Both the position numbers and the translations under genes were made by a program. This document shows positions 34,619 to 47,195 of a DNA stretch of 61,237 bases, piece by piece. The notes under the pieces were generated by a model. It was not told the origin of the DNA. It was given only the letters and a program-made list of their open reading frames with translations, and did no database searches. Within the stretch, counting starts at the first letter, position 1. Every line of letters starts with the position of its first letter. The stretch comes from Catajapyx aquilonaris (lineage: Eukaryota). The DNA lies in contig JYFJ02002196.1 of assembly GCA_000934665.2 (NCBI GenBank), positions 1 through 61,237 of the forward strand, read 5' to 3'.

Positions 34619-36229
34619 GACACTTGAACACGAGCCTTTCTCCGTAGGATATAACCGCATCTTTCTCTTATCACTGGAAAGTGATGACTGTCGACCTTGG
34701 CAACGGTCCCGGAATAACAGGTGACCTCGTAAAGGCTCATAACCAGACAAACTTGTGGAATCTGTCACCATAATTATCTGTTCCATTCTGTTGGCATCAA
34801 AAATTATGTCAAATATTTCGGATTATGACAGTATATGATTAAGAGTGGGATATCAAGAGTGAAATCATATATTATGCTCAAGAAAGATTCTTTGAAAGAT
34901 TTGTCGCACGATTTTCTGTGATTTTAATACATTAAGTGGGATATTATGCATGTTCCAAATGAAATCTCTGTTAACTTATTAATATCGTAATTTTCTTGTA
35001 AGTTGCAGTTACCGGCAGTTACGTACAAACTGTGGTAAGAGAATTTTTTCATCGAGTTTTTAAAACTAATTTTAACCAATGGGGTTTAGGGGCTATCGGG
35101 GGTTTCATGTATGGAAAATCAAGAGACGCTTCTAAATAATGAGGAATGTTCAGGCAAGAGTGCCCGAATTGCCACAGACGATCAGGGCGGCAAGGGTCAA
35201 GAAGTGTGTAAATAGCCTGAGTAGCCGCAATATTCTACGAACTAGCTGTTGTTGTGTTGACAGTAATATTTTTAAAAATATATCAAAAAATCCATTAATC
35301 AAGTGTCAACAATAATAATGCTACTTGTTTCGCATGTGCACGTATACCGGTACGTACTGGTACTCTCGCGTCTGCAACTTGATTTTCATGTAATATCAAA
35401 ATTAAAAATAATGTAGGCTATATCCTATACACCAAGGGAACAGTTGACTGGTAATAAATTTTTACTGGCATTTTTACAGGATGTTTATATAATATTAAAC
35501 TTCATTTAAAATATACCATCATATAGAGGGAATCGATAATAAATCAATATTATTCATAACTTATGAAGGGTGGACCATCCTGTGTTCAGTTTATAGCTCT
35601 AAAGATTCCATGAGCGACTCATCAACAAAATTTCCACGTGTGTCGCACAAATCGTCCAAACTTTTATCTCTCGATCGTGCTCTCGACCTTCAAGCCAATG
35701 AATCTCGCCTTACACTCTGATAGCATAGCAGATCTCGGATTAGAAGCGTTGAAAGTAATATTAAAAAATTGCATCTAATATGGAGTCATGTTAATCTGAG
35801 CACTTGTCTGACCTTCATCAAGAGACAAAACAGATTGTTTACTCTATAGAAAAACGGCTTTGAAACTCGAGCAACATGTTGGATCGTTGCTTCAATTTCA
35901 ACTCGGAAATAAACATTAAACTGTGCTTTTTAGGCGAAAATTGGGAGGATGGACATTAATTTCTGGCAAAGATTTTTCTTCTTTTGTAAAGTTGGCTTGG
36001 GTGACTAATAAGGAAATGAATGCAGGGAGAGGCTGCTGCAAAAGAGATAGCCTGGCACGCATCATGTCTCAGGCTGTAGACATGAGGTGGTGTGTCGAAT
36101 ACGTGGTATGGTCAAGGTGAGCCAATCAGGGAGCAGCAAAGAAACGGCGGGGGCGCGAAGTGTCTGAAGAAACACGAGATCCTCCGAGGAGCGTCTGGTC
36201 CACAAAGCCATGTTGCATTCAGTGTCGCC

Positions 36230-37820
36230 ATGACGCCAACTCAAGTGTGTGTGGTGCACCTTCGCTTCCTGATGATCTGCACTCTGACCTCTCTTCTGGT
36301 GCTGTTGGCCACCAGTGTTGCTGCCACCAGCATCGCTCCAAGGACCGAAGAGAAGCAAGCAATAAGCGCCAGGCAACATTTCCTGTCAGCACAAATTGAC
36401 CACGAACCGGAAGAGGAGGTCAACAGCGGCACCAGGATGGTCACCCCTGCCTACCTGGAGCTTCTCTACCAGTTTGTGACCACCGAATTGGAAGGTCACG
36501 ACCTGGGAAGGAACACCAGAGGCGTGTTGGCCAAAGCATTTCTTCCAGACGCAGTTACAGGTACAGTGCAGGATGTCTCCGCGTCCAGCATTAATTAACT
36601 AAAATTATCATGCTAATGGACGGACCTTGCCTAGCGGGGCCACCCATTCCCCTCCCACCCTGACTCCCGCCACTTCGTCCTGTAGTAAAGATCAGCCGTT
36701 GTTAATTGTATTGTTTGCAGAGGACAGACCCAACAGAATCAGTCTGATCTTCAATTACTCGGACCATCAGCTACAGGATGCAACATCGGCTGAATTGATC
36801 TTCACTATGAGACGCAATGTTGATTGCAATGTGTCCGAAATCAACGTGCATCTGGAGCGAGGAGATATGCCGGTTGTGATGTACGACGGTGTGTTTCCAG
36901 CTGACAATGACAAGGAAATTGGCGAAGATCGACATGTGCCATTTGATGTGAGTTCCGCGGTGCATCGGTACGAGAGCTTGGAGGACAGCTTCGTGTTTAA
37001 CCTGGAGGTCAAAGGTCATAAACATCTGTCCGTGTCGGATATCCTAGACTTGGACACCACAAGTCAGCAGCCTCTTCTCGTGGGATACTACGTCGGTGAG
37101 TTATACAAGCAGGATGCTGCGCATTAAATTTCGCATAAAGTTGTTATCTCTGTGGGAAAAATTCCGGATCTGTCTGAACTATTGTTTCTTTTGTTACGTG
37201 ACAGCAACTAAGATGCCTTTGGGCACAGCAGTGTCTCACTGGCGACGTCAAAGACGCTCGGTACCACTTCAGGAATTGGAAAATGAAGAGGAAGATTCAA
37301 CCAGCACCGTCACACCTGACTCTGAAGTTGAGGAGGAATCACTGGGGTCACCTGGACCAAAAGACTACTGCGAGCACCGGAAATGGATGGTACCAACCAA
37401 GGCCCTCAGGTTCCCCTGGATACTTCTTCCGGACAGACTGGCACCCAACTACTGCATGGGGACATGCCCATCACCACTGCACCATTCCTACTACAATTCA
37501 ACCACCAACACACTCATCCGAGACAGAATCAGGTGAGTGCAGACACATCAACAAGAGAACCGAACCGGTTCTGGATCCGTCTCACTATATCGACAGGATT
37601 GCCAACCCATATTGGCTGATTGGTATTTGGTGTTTTCTTTTCCAGGACAATCCACAGCGGCCTACTATCATCATCGTCGAGTCGAATGAGCGTGATCCCA
37701 GAGAGTCACTGCGTCCCGATCGAGTTTGCTCCGACCACTTTGCTCATGGAGGAGAAGGAAGGGTACTTCCGATTGGACATTGTCCACGACCTGATCGTGT
37801 CTCGATGCGGCTGCAGATGA
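36230..37820 (+). CDS. Divergent TGF-beta/BMP superfamily ligand precursor (~402 aa)
   Basis: Exons 36230-36560, 36721-37095, 37205-37532, 37646-37820 splice in frame. Signal peptide, prodomain ending QPLLVGY, furin site RRQRR, cystine knot YC..WILLP..NYCMGTCP..HCVP..CGCR*. Confidence 0.9.
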
Positions 37821-38794
37821 TAGTTTGTTGTCTCATTTTGGTGGGCATAACTTTGATATGTGGATTGTAAATTAATTGGACAGACCATAAAAATGTACAG
37901 AGCGATCAGTTTGGATGAATTTGAGCTTTAAATTTTGGAATAATTTTTCTCAGGGAAAAAATAGAAATTTTTGCCAATTTTTAAAGTATTACATTTCAGC
38001 CAATGACGAGACAAATTATTTCTTTGACAAGTCAGGTTTCATACAATGACAAAAACGTTGCTCCCTGCATTTTATTTAGTATATTATTTTCATTGGAATC
38101 AATAATTTGTCAAAATTGACCAGTATTTTGATCGTTCTGCAAATTACATTAAAGCTTCAGTCCATTAAATTATTTCGTACTACAATTTTCTGCATAATTT
38201 GTCACATAAATCTGTTGTAACTCGACTGATGTGTTCATATAGCAAATTGCAGTCTGTATGGTCCATTGATCTAGAATGTTTTAGCTCAGGGTTTGATGCA
38301 TGTCCATGCTTAAATATTTTTTCCACAAGTTTTTTCATAGCTTTTAACAATGAAAGGCAAAGTTACTATATTTGCTATTGTTACGACCGATTACGACGAA
38401 AATTTGACATACGACATTTGATGAATCCGCCCCCTGGTCCTCAATTTTACTTACATTGGTGCAACTGGCCATAATCAAGGTTTAATTTACCATCACTTCA
38501 CAACCTCAATTTCCAATAATTATTGGGAGGGGGGGGCTAATGAGCTCCTGACATCCCTAAATTTATAATTTTTAACTATCAGAAAATCAGTCTTGACGCG
38601 TTAGACGGCAGGAACTCAAAGAGAAACGCTGAATAGGACCGTTTTAATTCACATCGCTTTATTAATAAGAATCTTGGTTAACATCCTTTATAGTTGTTGG
38701 AATAGTTAGAATGCTTTGTCCCACAGACATGTTTTGTGGTATGATGGTGACTATATACATATTGACAGTTTAATTACAATCACGTACACGAATA

Positions 38795-39377
38795 TTAGTA
38801 ATGACCATCCCCGTGATCGTCACCTCCATCGAAGCTGTGTCCTGAGTCTCCAAAGCTTCCGGAGTCTTCGTGAGAGTGGATCTTGACCGGGTATGGGATC
38901 TTGTGTATGACTGGGTATTTCTGGATGACTGGCACCTTCTCGTACACTGGGTACTTCTGGATCACTGGCACCTTCTTGTACACAGGGTAGGTCTTGATGA
39001 CAGGGACCTTCTTGTAGACTGGAACCTTCTTGTACACCGGTACTTTGACGTACACTGGAACCACGTGGTGCTCCGTCTTGTGATCCTGCTCGGAGATAGT
39101 TACAATATTTAGACCATGTATTTTGGCAGCGTACACATAATCAGATGCATCTTATACCTCTCCACCGTCACCACCACCATGAGAGCCGCCGTCATATCCG
39201 GATAATCCGTGGTCATCTGAGCCAAAATCATCTCCATAACCACCCGCACTCGTAAGCATGATCAGAGAGGCCAAAGAGACCAGAGAAAGCAACTGGAAAT
39301 ATATTTTTTTACAAATAATGTGAACTTGTATAATAATATTACATTAAGTAATTAACATTACTTACCATTTTGGACAT
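38795..39377 (-). CDS. VPVYKK-repeat protein C
   Basis: MSKM micro-exon, signal peptide exon, repeat exon ending DHGDGHY*. Confidence 0.85.
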
Positions 39378-40511
39378 GCTGAATAAAGGGTGAGTGCTTG
39401 TTGTTTTCGTGGTGAAGGCTTGATTCCGACTGCTTAAACCTGGTTGCATCTGAGTTTTTATACCAGCAGTGTTTTAATTACTTATGGCCATAAAATATGC
39501 ACGTGGGATAATAAACTTTCACATGCAATACCTCACGGTTACGTGAATAATATTGCACATAATTAAACACTGCTGGTACATGCTTCGCGACTTAAATGCA
39601 TCGCTTCGTTGATACCAAAAAATTAGCAAATACTGTATTACGCACGAACTCTCGCGGAATTCCACCACAGAGCAAAATTACAGAATTTATTCCAAAACTA
39701 GACAAATCGTGTTGCAGATTTGTATAACACACATGACTGTCCTGGATGCTTCTCTGCCCAAGGTGGTGGTCCCGGGTGGAGGGACGGGAGAAAATATTCA
39801 CCTGCCGATGTGCAGGCGTGCAAAAATACGCATATTGAAAAGGCCTTATTTTCTTTATGTGACAGGTTCCGAGGGATGTAGCTCACACGGACAAGACAGT
39901 ATAATGGCATGATGTGTGCAGTACACCACAGTACACTACAACCATTAGCGGTACAGGGCACATAATAATGAAGAAGAAGAAGTACAATATAAAATGAAAA
40001 AAGCACACTGCTGTATAGTGTGTTCATAACTTGTCAGATGCGTAGGGAAATGGAGTTGCAGAAGTAAATCGTATTCAACTGTATATCGCCGAGTTATTCA
40101 ATTCTGTACAATAGCTTTTTTCATTCAGTGGCAAAGGAAAGCCAGAATTACTCCTGTTAGCACTTAGCAGCATGTAAAAAGGCCATAGTTCTCTACACAA
40201 AAGCTGTCCATAAAATAGGAAGCCTTGAACCAGTAACCAAGTTTTGTACACATAGCATTGTTGAACAGCTTCCGACTAGACGAAAAATGCTCTTACACGT
40301 ATAATATGCTCCACCAATAAATTCACAGGGCTGCATAATTGCCCTCTTAAGCTGTCAATATGTTTCTCAACTGAAAAGCCAGTCGCACACTAGAAAATGG
40401 ACACAATCAAATCGACTACACAATAATATTCATTCCAGAGATAGTGCAGAACCTTCGGGACTTTTCAGGATGTCTACATAGCCAATAAGTTCTCCACATA
40501 GTGCACCGACA

Positions 40512-42233
40512 ATGTATCGCCATCTCTTAATATTGGTCAGTGTTTCTGCAGTTCTTGCAATTATTAATGAAGATGAGGCCAGCCTGCTAGCAGACGCGGT
40601 GTCTAAGATGATGGAAGAAAACCACAAACTAATCAACTGTTCTCTAGCTGTCCTTCACGATGAGCAAGTTCTAAACGGAGGCTTAGAGAAGCTGCCATCA
40701 ATGGTCGCAAATCCCGTGGTCATAGTATCTCATCAGAGCACCGTGCAAGAAAGAGACAACAATTCATTGGTGCTTCAGAGATCAGGGCAGTGCTTTCTTG
40801 TCCTCGTCCATTCGGGAAAACGAGCCTTCGCAGCTCTCCTGACCATGTTTGATTTTTCGCTGCGATATCCAAACACTGCTAGAGACTACCTTTTAATCCA
40901 CGTAAAAGGCGACAGTGTACCCCTGATTATAGCAAAGGAAATTTCAGAGCTGAAGCACAGGTTAGGAATCGATCAACTGAGTCGAGAGAATAGTGGTCAG
41001 CTGACCTGTCGACTCTGGTCACCATGCTTCTTTTGCAATGGCGGTAATTATTCTGTGACGGTCACAACAAACGTGTCATCTTTCCGTGATGTGGACTTGT
41101 TTCCGGATACTATAAGAAACTGGCATGGAAGAAGAATCCCGGTGTGTAACAGCCAATTCCATCTGAGTCAAGTCTTAGAAAAATATTTGAATTACCGATC
41201 TGTTCATCAGACCCTGCCTGATATGAGCGTACCATTTGCGATGTGCTTCAGAGACGTGTTATTACCGGGTCGAAGTCGCAAAGCTTACTTCACTCAGCCA
41301 TACCACATCGATTCAGTGATGATGATAACAAAAATACGGATGCCCTTTCACTGTTGGGATATGCTGATAGCACCATTTTCCCTGTCAGTCTGGCTGTGTT
41401 TGTTCGCTGTAATTATCACTGTGACTACCCTAATTTTCCTCTTGAATAATCAGAGGTTATCCTGGATGGAAATTTTCAGACGAAAAGTTCTGCCTCCCAT
41501 TTTCGGCCAGGGTGTGGAAATGACTTTCAACCCAAGCGTGACTTGGCTCTTTTGCGTGTACTTACTCTTCTGCTTGGTGCTGTACACGGCTTACACCTCA
41601 AAATTAGTGCCATTACTCATAAACCCGCCTCAGAAGAACGTGGACACGCTGCAAGACTTGTTGGATATGAAATACGAGTGGGGTGCTCGTATTCCAAAAT
41701 ATTACAAGACAGTCGCCAGCGACACGCAAAGTACATTACAGAAGAAGATTATTTCGGAAATGAAATATTATAATGACTCGAATGACAACATATTTTTAGA
41801 GAATTGCATTTCCAAAGCACTGACAGAGAAATACGCATGTTTCGTGCAAGAAACCCCGTGGGATCTACAGTGGGATCCAACAAACAACTTGCACACTGAT
41901 CAGCTCCACGTTGTTAAAGCTGACTTTCCCAGCATTATGATAGGAATAGTATTGAATTTCACGCTGGTAACACATGAATCCATTAATCGAGGAGTACTGC
42001 TTTATCTCCAGGCAGGACTGGACGTTTACTTTTACCACAGATATTTGAAAATGTGGCGAGAAGTGATTTTAGAGAGAGACAGATTCCGCTTCGATTCTTC
42101 ACTATTCGACAGAGGTCCTAGAGTTTTAAAGTTAAGCCAATTGGTGGCACCGTTTCAACTGCTACTTTTGGGGAGCTGCGCCTCTTTCGCAGCTTTTATG
42201 TTAGAAATTTTAATTTATATTGAACCCATATAA
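40512..42233 (+). CDS. Divergent ionotropic receptor (variant iGluR chemoreceptor), single exon, 573 aa
   Basis: Signal peptide; FTQPY (S1); PFSLSVWLCLFAVII (M1); LVLYTAYTSKLVPLL (M3-like); VDTLQDLL; LKLSQLVAPFQLLLLG..FMLE (M4). Confidence 0.88.
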   Translation: MYRHLLILVSVSAVLAIINEDEASLLADAVSKMMEENHKLINCSLAVLHDEQVLNGGLEKLPSMVANPVVIVSHQSTVQERDNNSLVLQRSGQCFLVLVHSGKRAFAALLTMFDFSLRYPNTARDYLLIHVKGDSVPLIIAKEISELKHRLGIDQLSRENSGQLTCRLWSPCFFCNGGNYSVTVTTNVSSFRDVDLFPDTIRNWHGRRIPVCNSQFHLSQVLEKYLNYRSVHQTLPDMSVPFAMCFRDVLLPGRSRKAYFTQPYHIDSVMMITKIRMPFHCWDMLIAPFSLSVWLCLFAVIITVTTLIFLLNNQRLSWMEIFRRKVLPPIFGQGVEMTFNPSVTWLFCVYLLFCLVLYTAYTSKLVPLLINPPQKNVDTLQDLLDMKYEWGARIPKYYKTVASDTQSTLQKKIISEMKYYNDSNDNIFLENCISKALTEKYACFVQETPWDLQWDPTNNLHTDQLHVVKADFPSIMIGIVLNFTLVTHESINRGVLLYLQAGLDVYFYHRYLKMWREVILERDRFRFDSSLFDRGPRVLKLSQLVAPFQLLLLGSCASFAAFMLEILIYIEPI

Positions 42234-42478
42234 TAAAATTTGAATCGTGTTTCATCATTCGTCGCATTATTATCACTGATCTCGACAAAATTTCACTTCA
42301 CTCGGTGTATGTTAGAATCATCGTATACATTGGACCTAGGTAGATAAGGGAAATGCATAAAACACCTGTAAGACCTTCATTATTGTATCAAAATAATTCT
42401 TTTAATCAGCAAATCGCTTCATGACACTTCTGTACATATATAGCCTGACAAATTCGTTAAACTCAGCCCAGGTGACTT

Positions 42479-42999
42479 TTAATAGTGTCCATCTCCGTGT
42501 CCGCCGTCGCCACCGAAGTGCCCAGAATCATCGTGAGACTTTATCTTGACCGGGTATGGGATCTTGTGTATGACTGGGACCTTCTGGATGATTGGCACCT
42601 TCTCGTACACTGGATACTTCTGGATGACTGGCACCTTCTTGTACACAGGGTAGGTCTTGATGACCGGGACCTTCTTGTAGACTGGAACCTTCTTGTACAC
42701 CGGTACTTTGACGTACACTGGAACCACGTGGTGCTCCGTCTTGTGACCCTTTACAATAAAATAAGGAGTTAGAGCACATTAATAAATAGCAAGTAACAGA
42801 CTTACATGTCCGCCATCATCATCACCGTCGAATCCGGACAGCCCGTGGTCGTCCGATCCGGAGTCACCTCCGTACCCTCCTGCACTTGCCAACATGACCA
42901 AAGAGGTCAGAGTAGCGAGTACCAGCATCTGAAATGTGTATACATAATTACACTGCTCTAACATATTCAAAAACTATTTGTACTTACCATTTTCGACAT
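42479..42999 (-). CDS. VPVYKK-repeat protein D
   Basis: MSKM / MLVLATLTSLVMLASAGGYGGDSGSDDHG.. / repeat exon ending GHGDGHY*; signal exon near-identical to copy A. Confidence 0.85.
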
Positions 43000-43416
43000 G
43001 ATGAATAAATCTTGTGTTATAGCTGTTGTTGCTGTAAACACTTGGATCGTACTGTCTCACTGTGGTTTCCTCCGAGGTTTTATATGCACGTTGTAGTGTA
43101 TTGCGACTACAAAGTAAAAGCCGACTTCCGCTTTCGACACCTACTTACACGTGTGTTTTAATATTCCTTATTTTGTGACCAGGGGAGTTTTTCTTCCACG
43201 GCTGACTTCCATTGCATGGCAGACGTGCGGCCAGCCATATACATTGTAACTACTGTACTTGTCAAGTTCCGTAATACAGTGTGAAGGCCTCTCTTTAACC
43301 ATGTCCACAACTTGCCCATTCAGTGCCTCTTCCACATTGATTTATTAACAGCCAATTATTTGCACATGGGTATTCTGTTAACCTTTTCCTCTAAACTCTA
43401 AAGCCGTTAAAAACAG

Positions 43417-43525
43417 TGGGTGGAATTTTCGTCCCACTACTAATTACTGCTATCAGTACTAGTGTTGGCACTGGTAGGTACTGCTAAGTTAGGAGTATTT
43501 AGCAATGAGACGAAAATTCGACACA
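43417..43525. repeat. Degenerate ~30 bp inverted repeat pair, possible old MITE
   Basis: gaattttcgtcccactactaattact pairs with agtatttagcaatgagacgaaaattc, with several mismatches. Confidence 0.4.
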
Positions 43526-43978
43526 TTTTTTTAAAAAAAATTTGCTAAGTTTTTAAAATAGTACTGTGGTACAGTGCAAGGCAAGAATTGCTCACAAGTC
43601 ATTATTTATTTATATATATATATATATTTATTTATTATTTCCTGAGTCTGTCTTTGAGATCGGTGTCATCCGAGCCTTGCATGGAATTATTATCTCCTAC
43701 TATCCTACACCCTCTCACGGCACACTTTTGAACGTCCAGGCAGGTTCACCTTGAACAATCAGAAGGTCGCGTGGGCTTAGCATGATTGTGTCGGCACATT
43801 TGCGCAGTGTCTAGTTGGCGGCGCTTCATCCCCAACCTGTGCACCTGTCCGCAACACGTCACATTAGACTCTATCCGAGAAAATCCGATAGACGTATATA
43901 TAGGGAGGTCAACCAACTCTGATCGGGGTCTATCGCGGAAGCTGTGTCGTAACCTCCTTCAGGGCACCCTGCCACAGC

Positions 43979-46341
43979 ATGTCCTCTAAATTCGGTAGGC
44001 CAGAGTTGCAGCAGCATTTTTCTTCACCGTGCACTTGGTGCAGTTGCAAACTTCACGGTTGGAAATATACGTGTCAAGGACACCCCGATATATTTCAGGA
44101 AGTGAAAACGACGAGTTCCTCGACGGAACTTTCCCTAAGGATTTCATATGGGGCGTAGGCACCTCTGCATATCAAATTGAAGGCGCATGGAATGCTGATG
44201 GTAATTACTCAAGTTTTTATTGCGGAAAATAATTATGACGCTGTGCGCTGATCCTTACAGGAAAAGGAGAGGGAATATGGGACAGATTTATTCATTCCAA
44301 ACCATCAGTTATTCTGGATGGTAGCAATGGAGATGTCGCATGTGATTCCTACAACAAGTACAAAGAAGACGTTCGCATTGTGAAGGAAATGGGAGTAAGT
44401 TGGTTAGCATTACGTTGGTGTCCTGACATGGTATGTGACTCTTACATATCATCATGGTATGCAGAATTAGCCAAATTTTCAACTAATAACCGACCATATT
44501 TCCAGGTCTCTCATTACAGATTTTCTCTCTCCTGGCCACGTGTATTACCGACCGGCACAACGGACCAAGTGAACCAAGCTGGAATCAAGTATTACAACAA
44601 TTTGATTAATGAGCTTCTGGCCAACAATATCCAACCAATGGTGACCCTTTACCACTGGGACCTTCCTCAAGCCCTGCAGGACCAAGGAGGAATACTCAAC
44701 GAGGCCATTATCGAGCAATTTGGCAACTATGCTCGTCTGTGTTTCGCTCATTTTGGCGACAGGGTACTAACATTTCTCACCATACAATATTGACGTTATT
44801 TAGTATTATTGCCCTCTCCGACGCAGGTGAAAATGTGGGGCACTTTTAACGAGCCATATGCCATCAGTGTGTACGGCTTCGAAAGCGGGGACCACGCGCC
44901 AGGCATCAAGCAACCGGGTGTCGCCACATATGCAGCAGCACATAATATACTTAAGGCACATGCTCGAGCTTGGCACATTTATGACGAGGAATTTCGAGCC
45001 ACACAGCAAGGTAAGTGGGGAAAAACACACCCATAAATAATAATGAATCACTTTTTTTCTCAACTAAGGTAAGGTTGGAATCATCATGGACGCTTGTTGG
45101 TACACTCCAAAAACTGATTCCGAAGCTGATTGTGCGGCGGCAGAAAAGGCCATGTTTTTTGACGTATGTAATCATCACAGTTGGCCCACGCGACATGAAA
45201 AATGACCTTTTGACCTCTTATAGTTGGGTTGGTATGCTCACCCCCTTTTTTCTGAAAACGGTGGATACGCGCCTGAAATGAGAGAATCCATTGACAGAAA
45301 AAGCAAAGCAGAAGGTCTGAAAAAATCCAGGCTTCCTGATTTCGACGACCACTGGAGGAAATACGTGAAAGGCAAGAATGTAGAAAGTGCAACTAAATTT
45401 TTAACTAAAATTTGGTTACCGCAGGCACGTCTGATTACTTCGGTTTGAACCATTACACCACCAAGCAAGTACGTCATGAGATCAGTACGACCCCTTCATG
45501 GGACGGGGACCAGGACAGCACTTTCACATACGATGAGTCCATGCCTTCTGGCACAATCGGGTGGCTCAAAGTGGTTCCATTCGGAATCAGACGAGTCCTG
45601 AAGTGGATCAAAGACCAGTATGGCAACCCACCAGTTTACATTGGAGAGAACGGTATTTGCGACGACGAAGGTCCCAACGACCAGCGAAGGATTAACTACC
45701 ACAAGGTAAAAAAAAGGAAACCAATTTAGGCCCCATCCCCTTTTCCTGTTAATTTCGAGCCCCTCTTAAATCATCTGCTAAATGAAGAGCAGTTAATGAA
45801 ATTCCCCCTCCGTCAGAGACAATTAGGTGTATGAATCGGGTCGGAAATTAGGAAGGGAGAGTAAACCGAGTCAATTGGGCAAGTGGCTCATTCTATTAAC
45901 TAATTAGCACGTGATTCTCCCAGGGCTTCATGGATTTAGGGAGCGAGGCTTTCAAACTTTCACTTGTTGTTTCACTCCCGAGATAATTATATCATTTGCA
46001 AGGTGGCTCGTAATTCATGGAAAAGTATACCGCCGTAATATATTTTTTTCTAATTACTCCTAGCTCTACTTGAACGAATCATTGAAGGCGGTTCAGCTGG
46101 ATAAGTGCAATCTGAAGGCCTACTTTGCTTGGAGTCTGATGGATAACTTTGAGTGGAACTATGGATACACGTAGGTTCCTCCTATTTTGTATACAGTAAC
46201 TGTTGTTATGTTACACAATGTCTGCACAGGTTACGATTCGGATTTCACCATGTGGACTTCACCGATCCGAACAGACCTCGCAAGCCTCGTGAGTCGGTCA
46301 GATTCTACAAGAACGTCATCGCAAACAACGGATTCCCCTGA
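43979..46341 (+). CDS. GH1 paralog 9, cytosolic, closest to paralog 8
   Basis: Micro-exon MSSKF joins 44099 ([29 protein letters not shown]); motifs [23 protein letters not shown] intron (donor 45372); TATA-like box at ~43895. Confidence 0.9.
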
Positions 46342-47195
46342 GTGGAAGTAATCATCTGGAGCCGAGCCCAAATTATTAATCTTCGAGACCACAGTATTTC
46401 ACTTGGGCTAGGGAAAGCTCAAGGTTGAATATGTTCTACTCAGGCATTGTATCCAGCAGAAGCGACCAATAAAAATCGCATTAAGCGTCCGTTTAAAACC
46501 ATACGAGCTAAAGCTGGATGGAGGAGAACTTATTTAATAGGGGAGAGTGTGGGGCATAAATCAATTTAACAGGAGCATCCATCCCCTTCCCCAAAAATGA
46601 ATAGGACAATTGGTTAATCACATATGATTGCGGAACCAGATTCGTCCCCTCAGAATCTGCCAGAGGAAGGTTGGGAAAGGTCTCTCTTTCAGTTGTGTTG
46701 CAGCCGAGCTCCAAATAAGTAGGACTTATCGTCGGCTTTATCAGACCTTACATACGTTGATACTAGAAAGGAAAGGTAAGTGACAGGCTATATTATATGA
46801 GCATTAGATGTTTAGCGCACATTTTTGACCCCTATAGTATTTCCCAAAATTATTTCTACAAAATCTACATTAATTCTCATTATTACACCATAGTCATATG
46901 AAATTAATTTTCAATATTAACGAGTACCTTTAATCTGGCGTTGAAGATATTTTAAGTGTTTAAAAAATTCCTTGGAGACAAATCTGTCATGCCAATAATT
47001 CATGGCACATTGACATTTTATCTGCACTTCAGAAATTACTTTCAAGATGTACTGTATCTTATCACAAAGTAATATGTCTTGTTAAAATGAAATATATCAG
47101 GCATATCGTGTATCTGATACGGTCGTTTAACCTTTCGCATTATTACTTAAATCGATTCAATCCATCGCAGTTGAACCAAATACATCAAGCCAGCC

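Noticed and set aside
32828..34786. Two similar minus-strand ORFs containing PSVAQLVERWTVVG
   Set aside because: Translations of the tRNA-Tyr genes and their duplicated flanks.
28259..42772. Four similar plus-strand ORFs (RxDLDRV..DWHLLVH..)
   Set aside because: Antisense shadows of the conserved VPVYKK exons; splice signals, signal peptides and TATA boxes are on the minus strand.
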